A stretch of DNA of 32,000 bases from an archaeon (GTDB lineage Archaea; Iainarchaeota; Iainarchaeia; Iainarchaeales; 1-14-0-10-31-34), in NCBI GenBank assembly GCA_024277355.1, contig JAJRVL010000011.1, forward strand, positions 60,001-92,000, given 5' to 3'. A program made the position numbers and the translations under genes. Of the stretch, positions 22,153 to 29,377 are shown piece after piece (positions within the stretch are counted from its first letter, which is position 1; each line of letters starts with the position of its first letter). The notes below the pieces were generated by a model. That model searched no databases and had not been told where the DNA came from. It saw nothing but the letters and a program-made list of their open reading frames with translations.

Positions 22153-22842
22153 ATGAATTATGCAGTAATTTGTGCCGGCGGAAAAGGAATAAGAATGGAC
22201 GCCGGAAAAAACAAAGTGTTCTTAAAAATTAAAGGCAAAGAAATAATTGCAAAAACTATTTTAGTGTTTGAAAAAGCAAAAGAAATAAACGGAATAATTA
22301 TTTCAATTGGAAAGAATGACATAAAAGAAATACAGGAAATAATTGAAAAAGAAAAATTTGAAAAAATTAAAGCAGTAATTGAAGGTGGAAAAGAAAGACA
22401 GGATTCCGTTTATAATGGAATAAAAAAATTACAGGAATTTGCAGAAAAAGATGACGTGATTTTAATTCATAATGCAGCAAACCCTTTTGTAAAAGAAGAA
22501 ACAATAAACAACTGCATTAAAGCAGCAAAAGAATTTGGAGCAAGTGTTGCAGCACAAAAAGTAAAAGACACAATAAAAAAAGTTGATGAAGATTTATTAG
22601 TTAAAAAAACATTAAACCGAAAAGAATTATGGCAAATGCAGACTCCGCAGGCAATAATTAACCACATTGCATTAAAAGCATTTGAAAAAGCTTATTCAGA
22701 AAACTTTTATGGAACAGATGACGTTCAGTTAGTTGAAAGAATTCATGGAAAAATAAAAATAGTTGAATGTTCATATAAAAACATTAAAATTACAACAAAA
22801 GAAGATATAGAATTAGCAGAAAGAATTTTAGATGAAAACTGA
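22153..22842 (+). CDS. ispD: 2-C-methyl-D-erythritol 4-phosphate cytidylyltransferase
   Basis: 229 aa. Motifs are AVICAGGKGIRM, GGKERQDSVYNG, VKDTIKKV and LWQMQTPQ. Homologous cytidylyltransferases such as TarI cannot be excluded from motifs alone, but the dxr/ispF/dxs neighbours support IspD. Confidence 0.8.
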   Translation: MNYAVICAGGKGIRMDAGKNKVFLKIKGKEIIAKTILVFEKAKEINGIIISIGKNDIKEIQEIIEKEKFEKIKAVIEGGKERQDSVYNGIKKLQEFAEKDDVILIHNAANPFVKEETINNCIKAAKEFGASVAAQKVKDTIKKVDEDLLVKKTLNRKELWQMQTPQAIINHIALKAFEKAYSENFYGTDDVQLVERIHGKIKIVECSYKNIKITTKEDIELAERILDEN

Positions 22843-22857
22843 TTAAAATGAAAAAAA

Positions 22858-23709
22858 TTGTCAGGAAATTGTTTAAAAGAAAAAAAAACCCCTAAAAAAA
22901 TAAATATTCCCAGAAGAAAGTTTCTCAAAACCATAACTATCGGAACTACATCAATATCTTTAGCTTATCTTTTGAGCTGTTTTCCAATTAAGCTATCTAA
23001 ACTGCCTATAGAAAAAACCCATCAAACTACATTACTTGGAATGATTCATTTTACAGACATGAAATCAAGCAAACAAGAAATTATTAATAAAACAAAAACC
23101 AATAAAAATACTTTAAAAAGCTACAATAAAGCACTTGAAGCCATTAAAAGACTGCCTGCTGGTTCAAGAATATTAATTGAAGATGCTACTCCTTTTTCAG
23201 TTAACGGAAAAAAGTATTACAGTATTTTTTCTGTTTTATCTGAAAAAGCAAGAGCAAAAGGATTAATAGTTGAAAATTATCTTCCAAGAAAAGCAATATT
23301 CAGGAGAATTGACGCATACAGTTATTTGATTGAAACATTTTATAAAAATAAAAATCCAGAAATAATTAAAGCAAGAAAAAAAGAACTAGCTAAAAAATAC
23401 AATCTTAGTTCAATAAAAAACATTAATTCTGTTGAAGAAGCAAGCACAAAATTATATCAATATTTTGAACATATGACAAATTTTTTAATTAAATCTTACA
23501 GAAAAAAACCAGCATTAATTATTGCAGGAGATTTACATGTTGCTGCATCAAAAAAATGGCTGAAAAATGCTGAAGATATAACTCCTAAAAACACCAGAAA
23601 ATACACTGAAAAAATCATGGCAAATTCAAAACAAGAATTTAAAGAACTAGTTGAATTATTTGAAAAACACAGAGAAAAAATGGTTAAAAAATTAAAAGTT
23701 AACGGATGA
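22858..23709 (+). CDS. Putative Tat-signal lipoprotein with TraB/Tiki/ChaN-like motifs
   Basis: Has a twin-arginine consensus PRRKFLKT followed by an h-region ITIGTTSISLAYLLSC, where LLSC is lipobox-like. The mature part has LLGMIHFTD near its start and PALIIAGDLHVAA near its end, resembling the GTxH...GxxH pair of the TraB/PrgY/Tiki/ChaN superfamily. The start is uncertain: TTG at 22858, or ATG at 22848 in another frame. Confidence 0.5.
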   Translation: MSGNCLKEKKTPKKINIPRRKFLKTITIGTTSISLAYLLSCFPIKLSKLPIEKTHQTTLLGMIHFTDMKSSKQEIINKTKTNKNTLKSYNKALEAIKRLPAGSRILIEDATPFSVNGKKYYSIFSVLSEKARAKGLIVENYLPRKAIFRRIDAYSYLIETFYKNKNPEIIKARKKELAKKYNLSSIKNINSVEEASTKLYQYFEHMTNFLIKSYRKKPALIIAGDLHVAASKKWLKNAEDITPKNTRKYTEKIMANSKQEFKELVELFEKHREKMVKKLKVNG

Positions 23710-23752
23710 ATTAATAGTTAGATAAAAAAAAAAGCAACAATATAAAAAGGAT

Positions 23753-23763
23753 TTTATACATAA
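23753..23763 (+). promoter_or_regulatory. TATA-like box TTTATACATAA (copy 2 of 3), ispF promoter
   Basis: GGATTTTATACATAATTTTAGTG. The box starts 25 nt upstream of the ispF ATG (23778), which fits archaeal leaderless geometry. Confidence 0.55.
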
Positions 23764-23777
23764 TTTTAGTGAGAGTT

Positions 23778-24299
23778 ATGCCATTTAGAGTAGGATTAGG
23801 ACAAGATTCCCATAGGTTTTCTCACGTGCATGAAAAAAGACCTTTGATTTTAGGCGGAATAGAAATTAAAGATTGTTTGGGTTTAAAGGGAAATTCAGAT
23901 GCAGATGTAATACTTCATGCATTATTTAATTCTCTTGCACAATTAATTGGCTGGAAAAGTTTAGGAAGCCATGCAGACAAAATGGTTAAAGAACAAGGAA
24001 TAACTGATTCAAAAGAATACTTAAAAGAACCATTAAAAAAACTAAAAGAAATGAATTATGAAATTACAACTGTAAGCATCACACTTGAATGCAAAAAACC
24101 AAAAATTGATCCGGTATCAAATGAAATAAGAACAAGTGTTGCAAAAATTCTTGGAATAAAAAAAGAACAAGTAGGAATAATTGCAACAACAGGAGAAAGA
24201 TTAACTGCTTTTGGAAGAGGGGAAGGAATACAAGCATTTACAGTGATAACAGCAATACATAAAGACATCAAAAAATTTACAGGAAAAAAAAATAAATAA
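23778..24299 (+). CDS. ispF: 2-C-methyl-D-erythritol 2,4-cyclodiphosphate synthase
   Basis: The ATG at 23778 gives MPFRVGLGQDSHRF (the Zn-binding DxH motif); SDADVILHAL and ATTGERLTAFGRGEGI follow. The ORF track's GTG at 23769 is 3 codons upstream. A TATA-like box lies 25 nt upstream of the ATG. Confidence 0.85.
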   Translation: MPFRVGLGQDSHRFSHVHEKRPLILGGIEIKDCLGLKGNSDADVILHALFNSLAQLIGWKSLGSHADKMVKEQGITDSKEYLKEPLKKLKEMNYEITTVSITLECKKPKIDPVSNEIRTSVAKILGIKKEQVGIIATTGERLTAFGRGEGIQAFTVITAIHKDIKKFTGKKNK

Positions 24300-24392
24300 A
24301 TAAATTCGTTCTTTGACGTAATATGCTTGTTAAATCAACGTAAGGTTTAAATAGTTTGAGCTATAATATTGGTATTTCGGGAAAAGATTTTT

Positions 24393-26192
24393 ATGGATAA
24401 AAATGAATTAAATTTTGGAAAATTACTGGAAAAAATTGATTCTCCAGCAGACTTAAAAAAACTAAAAGTTGAAGAATTAGAAGAATTGTCTAAAGAAGTA
24501 AGAGAAGTTTTAATTAAAACCTGTTCAGCTAACGGAGGACATATTGGGGCAAATTTAGGAGTAGTTGAATTAAGCATTGCATTGCATTATGTTTTTAATT
24601 CTCCTCAAGACAAATTTTTGTTTGATACAAGCCATCAAAGTTATACTCACAAATTATTGACTGGAAGGAAAAAAGATTTCCATACAATCTGCACTCCAAA
24701 AGGAATTCCAAGATTTACAGTAAGAAATGAAACTCCATTTGATAACTGGAGTGCAGGCCATGCTTCAACTGCATTAAGCGGAGCAATGGGAATGGCTGAA
24801 GCAAGAAAAACAAACAAACAAGAATATGAAGTAGTAGCAGTAACAGGCGACGGAGCATTAACCGGCGGAATGTGTTATGAAGCACTAAATAATATCGGGT
24901 ATAACCAGACAGATGTAATTTTAATTTTAAATGACAACAAAATGAGCATTTCTCCTAATGTAGGTGCAATGTATAAACATTTGAAAAAGCTGTCAATGTT
25001 TGCAGACGAAAAAATTCCACGAAGAGAAGTAGGAACAATATTTGAAAAATTAGGAATTCAATATTACGGGCCGGTTGACGGCCATAACGTAAAAAAATTA
25101 GTTGAAGAATTAGAAAATTTAAAAGACTTAAAAGGACCAAAATTGCTTCATGTATTAACCATTAAAGGAAAAGGAATGGAATACATGGAAAACGATAAAG
25201 CAACATGGCATGAGCACCCTGCATTTGATGTTGAAACCGGCCAGCCAATAAAAAAAGGACCTGCAAAAATAGAAAAAATTGCAGTTCAGGCTTTAATGGA
25301 ATTAGCAGAACAAGATAAATCAATTGTGGGAATTACAGCAGCAATGCCTGCAGGAACCGCTTTAATTGAATTCAGCAAAAAATTCCCTGACAGATTTTAT
25401 GATGTAGGAATAGCAGAAGAACACGCAGTTACTTTTGCAGCAGGATTAGCTGCAGAAAAAACAAAACCTTTTGTAGTAATTTACAGTCCTTTTTTGCAGA
25501 GAGCTTTTGATCAGGTAGCACATGATGTTGCATTACAGGATTTGCCGGTAAAATTATTGGTTCCAAAAGCAGCAATAACCGGAGACGGCCCAACACAAGG
25601 AGGAATCCTTGACTTCAGTTATCTGAGAATTATTCCAAACTTAATTGTAATGGCGCCAAAAGATGAAAACGAATTAAGACATATGATTAAAACCGCACAA
25701 GAATACAATAAAGGACCAATTAGTGTCAGATACCCAAAAGGAAATGCTTTAGGAGTAGAATTAGATAAAGAAATGAAATCAATTGAAATAGGAAAAGCTG
25801 AAATGATTAAAGAAGGAAAAGACATTTCTTTGATTAGTATTGGATTTATGTTAAAAGAAACAGTTGAAGCTGCTGAGATTTTAAAGAAAGAAGGGATTGA
25901 TGCTGAAGTAATTAATTCAAGGTTTGTTAAACCATTAGATAGAAAAATGATTTCTGAAAGCCTGAAAAAAACAGGAAAAGGAATCACAATAGAAGAAAAT
26001 ATTCTTCCCGGAGGGTTTGGTTCAGCTGTCTTGGAAATGCTTGAAGCTAAAGGACTAAATGAAGTTGTATTGCAGAGAATAGGCGCACCAGACGAATATA
26101 TTGGTTATGACAGTCCAAATGAAATCAAAAAACAGTTTGGAATGGATGCAGAAAGCATAGTAAAAAAAGTTAAAAAAATGCTTGGAAAATAA
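24393..26192 (+). CDS. dxs: 1-deoxy-D-xylulose-5-phosphate synthase
   Basis: Motifs present: SPADLKKL, NGGHIGANLGVVELSIALHYVF, DTSHQSYTHKLLTGR, the ThDP motif GDGALTGGMCYEALNN, and IAEEHAVTFAAGLA. The ORF-track TTG at 24369 is an alternative start. Confidence 0.9.
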   Translation: MDKNELNFGKLLEKIDSPADLKKLKVEELEELSKEVREVLIKTCSANGGHIGANLGVVELSIALHYVFNSPQDKFLFDTSHQSYTHKLLTGRKKDFHTICTPKGIPRFTVRNETPFDNWSAGHASTALSGAMGMAEARKTNKQEYEVVAVTGDGALTGGMCYEALNNIGYNQTDVILILNDNKMSISPNVGAMYKHLKKLSMFADEKIPRREVGTIFEKLGIQYYGPVDGHNVKKLVEELENLKDLKGPKLLHVLTIKGKGMEYMENDKATWHEHPAFDVETGQPIKKGPAKIEKIAVQALMELAEQDKSIVGITAAMPAGTALIEFSKKFPDRFYDVGIAEEHAVTFAAGLAAEKTKPFVVIYSPFLQRAFDQVAHDVALQDLPVKLLVPKAAITGDGPTQGGILDFSYLRIIPNLIVMAPKDENELRHMIKTAQEYNKGPISVRYPKGNALGVELDKEMKSIEIGKAEMIKEGKDISLISIGFMLKETVEAAEILKKEGIDAEVINSRFVKPLDRKMISESLKKTGKGITIEENILPGGFGSAVLEMLEAKGLNEVVLQRIGAPDEYIGYDSPNEIKKQFGMDAESIVKKVKKMLGK

Positions 26193-26295
26193 TTACAAAA
26201 AGAATAACAGCTAATTATAAAAGAATAAAAATAATAGAAATAAAAAATTAAGGAAAAAAATAAAACTAATAAATTACTAATTAATCAAAAACTAA

Positions 26296-26331
26296 TTAAA
26301 AAAAAGAAAAGTTGATTGCTAAAGCAATCAA
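26296..26331 (-). terminator. Hairpin plus T8 terminator overlapping the stop codon of the 26328..26579 gene
   Basis: TTGATTGC (26312..26319), loop TAAA, GCAATCAA (26324..26331) form a perfect 8-bp stem. On the minus strand this is followed by cttttcTTTTTTTT. Confidence 0.55.
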
Positions 26332-26579
26332 ACACCAATTTTTAATTTTGAAGGCTGAATAATAAAACCCCAATCAGCTACTGTAAATTTTAATGGAGAA
26401 CCGCCATCTCCGCCACCCATCAAAATTACAGGAACAGAATTGCTTTCTTCGTCATCTTTAGGAACAGATGTTACTCCATCTTCAATTTCATCCCCAACAA
26501 CACCAATTTGATTCCACACTGCAGAAGTAAACCCTGCAAAAGCAATTAACAAAACTGCTAAAATTAATAATTTTTTCAT
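26328..26579 (-). CDS. Small secreted protein (83 aa)
   Basis: The N-terminal signal peptide is MKKLLILAVLLIAFAGFTSA. The mature part is acidic then Gly-rich (ILMGGGDGGSP). GGAGGT lies 8 nt upstream of the ATG, and a hairpin plus T8 follows the stop codon. Confidence 0.5.
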   Translation of the reverse strand: MKKLLILAVLLIAFAGFTSAVWNQIGVVGDEIEDGVTSVPKDDEESNSVPVILMGGGDGGSPLKFTVADWGFIIQPSKLKIGV

Positions 26580-26587
26580 TTAATAAA

Positions 26588-26593
26588 ACCTCC
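26588..26593 (-). promoter_or_regulatory. Shine-Dalgarno-like GGAGGT upstream of the small secreted protein gene
   Basis: Minus-sense tttGGAGGTtttattaaATG, with an 8-nt spacer. Confidence 0.55.
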
Positions 26594-26644
26594 AAATAAA
26601 CAAAACAATTAGTATATGTGTGTTTTACTTTAAAAAGTTTTAGT

Positions 26645-27484
26645 TTACAAAAAATCCCTTGATTTTTTCCATTCAATTTCAGCTTTCTCACAAAAAGAAA
26701 TAATTTTTTGTTTTTGTTCTGAAACTAAACCTTTCCAGTCAAACAAAACAAAATCAACTTTTTCAGAAGTCTGTTTAATCATTTGTTCAAATAAAACAAA
26801 ATCAACTTCATTAACATAATATTTAGATAAAATATGAGAAACCGCAATATCTGTTCTGGCCATTACTTTAGAAAAAGAAGGACAATAATGGGTTCCGCCT
26901 ACTCCAATTGCTGTCTTGAAATTTGAATTAAAATTAAAAAAAGAATCCATAATAGAAAAAGCAATTATTTTTCCTGCCTGCTTATTTTTCCATTCGGTTT
27001 CATTGCTTCCAATTTCAATAAAAACTGCAGGTTTAGACAAAAAAGGGCCGTGATGAGTTTGCTCCATTAAAACAGGCCAGTCAAAATTTTCTTTTTTTGT
27101 TTGTTCAAGTAAATTCAAAAAAAAGTTTTTCATTACTAAAGAAGAAACTGAAACTAAAGTTTTTTCTTTTCCGCCTAAATCAGCTTTACTAAAATTTCCT
27201 ATTGGGTGAACAGAAAAAGTTTTTTGTCCTGATTCACTTGAATGCTTTGAAGCAAAAATAAACAAATCAGTTTCTAATTCATCTAAAAAATCTGCGGTAA
27301 CTTGTTTTTCATTAATTAAAATTAAATCAAAAATTTGTTTTTCATTAGAAAAAGAATAAATTGAATTTGAATTAAATTGTTTTTCTGTTTTCTTAAAATC
27401 AAAGCATTCAATTAAATTAGAATAAATGTTTAATCCTGCTAAATCTGTTTTAGAAACAATAATTGAAATTTTATTAAAGTTCAT
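26645..27484 (-). CDS. dtdA: D-aminoacyl-tRNA deacylase, archaeal DtdA type
   Basis: 279 aa. The N-terminus is IIVSKTDLAGLNI, with central HHGP and GVGGTHYCPSF motifs characteristic of the archaeal/plant tRNA_deacylase family. Confidence 0.8.
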   Translation of the reverse strand: MNFNKISIIVSKTDLAGLNIYSNLIECFDFKKTEKQFNSNSIYSFSNEKQIFDLILINEKQVTADFLDELETDLFIFASKHSSESGQKTFSVHPIGNFSKADLGGKEKTLVSVSSLVMKNFFLNLLEQTKKENFDWPVLMEQTHHGPFLSKPAVFIEIGSNETEWKNKQAGKIIAFSIMDSFFNFNSNFKTAIGVGGTHYCPSFSKVMARTDIAVSHILSKYYVNEVDFVLFEQMIKQTSEKVDFVLFDWKGLVSEQKQKIISFCEKAEIEWKKSRDFL

Positions 27485-27501
27485 AAGAAAAAAACAAATA
27501 A

Positions 27502-27972
27502 TTATTTTTTATAACTTAAGGATAACTGGCCAAAAACATCTTCTAAATTATTTAAAGTTTGAATTAAGTTTTTTGTAACGTAATGATTGAAAGATGCTTT
27601 GAGGTCATCTCGTTCAGCAAAAGGCGCAGGATTAAATAAATACGCCTGTTTTTTTCTAACTAATAAATCAAATTCTTTCATTCGGTTTAAATGATATCTT
27701 AAAAGTTTTTCAGAGATTTTTTTTGAATTCTTTTTTTTAATATAAGACTGGATGTTTGGAACAGTAGGAAGCGTTTTAGAAAAATTCAAATAAAATAATG
27801 CATCTAATACATCTAAAACAGTGGTTCTGGATTCTTTTTCTGAAAGCAAACCAAAAGACAAAGCAAACCACCTTAACATTGAACGTTTAGTTAATTTTAC
27901 ATTAGGGGGGAAATCCATTGATTTAATTATGAAAGTTTTTCTAACTAAACAGCTTTCAGGTAATTCAGACAA
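27502..27972 (-). CDS. Hypothetical protein, possible winged-helix DNA-binding protein
   Basis: 156-aa ORF with a TTG start; an internal ATG gives MDFPPNVKLTKRS.... The segment ISEKLLRYHLNRMKEFDLLVRKK resembles a wHTH recognition helix plus wing. Weak call. Confidence 0.4.
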   Translation of the reverse strand: MSELPESCLVRKTFIIKSMDFPPNVKLTKRSMLRWFALSFGLLSEKESRTTVLDVLDALFYLNFSKTLPTVPNIQSYIKKKNSKKISEKLLRYHLNRMKEFDLLVRKKQAYLFNPAPFAERDDLKASFNHYVTKNLIQTLNNLEDVFGQLSLSYKK

Positions 27973-28105
27973 TTTAACACCAAAACATTATTTCCTTTTC
28001 AAATAGATTATTCTCATTGATTTATTTAAGTTTTTTGGTTAAATTAAGCAAAAATTGAATAAACGTTTAAAATAAGTTAATGTCATATAATTTTACTGAT
28101 TCTAT

Positions 28106-28468
28106 ATGAGTATTTCAATTAATACAAGCTTTCTTCCATTCAAGCTTGACTTAAAAGAAAAAAAGCCTGTAAGAATGGATATTGAAGTAATAAACAGATA
28201 TGATAAACCAAAAAAAGTTATTTTAGAGTTATTAGCTTCAAGTCAGATTGGATTTAACAAGACAAGCGCAACAAAAGAAAAATATGAAATTGGATTGCTT
28301 GAACCAGGACAAAGCAAAAACATCAAAATAGATATTTTTCCTAAAAATTTTGCAATAAAAAGAGAAGAAGTAATTTCAATTACTGCAACAGAAATAACTA
28401 TTGAAGATTCAGGTTATAGTTTTCCTTCAAAAAAATTCAAGAAAAACGTCGGCTTAGAAATAAAATAA
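28106..28468 (+). CDS. Hypothetical beta-rich protein
   Basis: 120 aa with alternating-polarity strands such as VRMDIEVIN, VILELLA, LEPGQSKNIKIDIFP and VISITATEITIED, suggesting an Ig-like/CARDB-like sandwich. There is no signal peptide. A TATA-like box lies about 20 nt upstream. Confidence 0.45.
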   Translation: MSISINTSFLPFKLDLKEKKPVRMDIEVINRYDKPKKVILELLASSQIGFNKTSATKEKYEIGLLEPGQSKNIKIDIFPKNFAIKREEVISITATEITIEDSGYSFPSKKFKKNVGLEIK

Positions 28469-28469
28469 T

Positions 28470-28673
28470 TCACTTTTTTTTAGTTTTTTTTATTTCTTTT
28501 TTTTCTTCTTTTAGTTCTTCCTGAAATTCTTCTCGGTCTTCGTCATCTAAGCCTAATTGTTTAAGCATTTTATCATGGTCTTGCGGAGTAAGCTTGTCAT
28601 ACCATTCATTCCATATTTTATCTTCGGCTTTAGAAACGATTTTTCCTTCTATAGGTTTTTTTCGTTTAGGCAT
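28470..28673 (-). CDS. Small charged protein with an MPKRKKPIEG N-terminus
   Basis: 67 aa: MPKRKKPIEGKIVSKAEDKIWNEWYDKL...EEKKEIKKTKKK. A TATA-like ATTTTAAATATT lies about 25-30 nt upstream on the minus strand. The N-terminus matches the mini-ORFs at 3450 and 4967. Confidence 0.45.
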   Translation of the reverse strand: MPKRKKPIEGKIVSKAEDKIWNEWYDKLTPQDHDKMLKQLGLDDEDREEFQEELKEEKKEIKKTKKK

Positions 28674-28768
28674 AAATAAAAAAATCCTTGAATAATATTT
28701 AAAATACTTTCCTATAAATCAAAAAATCAATAAAAGTATTTAAAGGAATTAACTCATTAATCAATAAA

Positions 28769-29377
28769 ATGAGCAAAATTATTTCAAATCCTGACAAAAA
28801 CCAGAATATAATTCTGATTGTTCCTGAAGAAAAATACCAGAATACAATTCAAGCATTACTAAAAGAACTGGTTTCAGCAAAAAAAACAATTGTTTTTATT
28901 TCAGTTAATAAAACAAAAAAAGCATTAGAAAAAGAATTAAAAGAAAATAAAATTTCAACAGAAAAAATTTATTTTGTTGACTGTGTAAGCAAAAGTATTT
29001 CAAAAGGAAAAATTTCATGGAGCGACGAAAAAAACCAATATGTCGATAACCCAACTTCTTTAACTCAAATAAGCCTTGCAGTATTTAAATTATTTGACCA
29101 GACAAAAATGGATTATTTAGTTTTAGATTCAATTAACACTTTGCTGATATATAATGAAGAAAAAGAAGTGTTGAAATTTGTACATCACACAACAGGCAAA
29201 CTAAAAGAAAACAACAAAACCGGTGTGTTTGTTTATTTAAAGGAAGAAATGAATCAAACTTTGCTGAAAAAGTTTTCTCAGTTTTCCGATAAAATAATTG
29301 AAGCAAATCCCCCTGAAAAAAAAGAATTTATTAGAAAAAAAGGTTCAATGAATTCATTTGAAGAAATAAAGCTTTAA
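28769..29377 (+). CDS. Degenerate RecA/KaiC-fold (DUF835-like) domain protein
   Basis: 202 aa. Colinear with the 1..609 product, with a Walker-B-like YLVLDSINTLLIYN and no P-loop. A TATA-like GTATTTAAAGG lies about 28 nt upstream of the ATG. Confidence 0.6.
   Translation: MSKIISNPDKNQNIILIVPEEKYQNTIQALLKELVSAKKTIVFISVNKTKKALEKELKENKISTEKIYFVDCVSKSISKGKISWSDEKNQYVDNPTSLTQISLAVFKLFDQTKMDYLVLDSINTLLIYNEEKEVLKFVHHTTGKLKENNKTGVFVYLKEEMNQTLLKKFSQFSDKIIEANPPEKKEFIRKKGSMNSFEEIKL

Noticed and set aside
22858-23709. The gene between ispD and ispF as a non-orthologous IspE (CDP-ME kinase); the length of 283 aa coincidentally equals that of E. coli IspE.
   Set aside because: It has no GHMP-kinase Gly/Ser-rich motif and no P-loop. 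The N-terminus is a Tat-type export signal with a lipobox-like Cys, which is incompatible with a cytosolic pathway enzyme. Its motifs point instead to the TraB/Tiki/ChaN superfamily.
24300-24392. Direct repeat ACGTAA-N17-ACGTAA upstream of dxs as a regulatory site.
   Set aside because: A 6-mer repeated once in 90 nt is within chance expectation, and there is no symmetry or recurrence elsewhere in the window.
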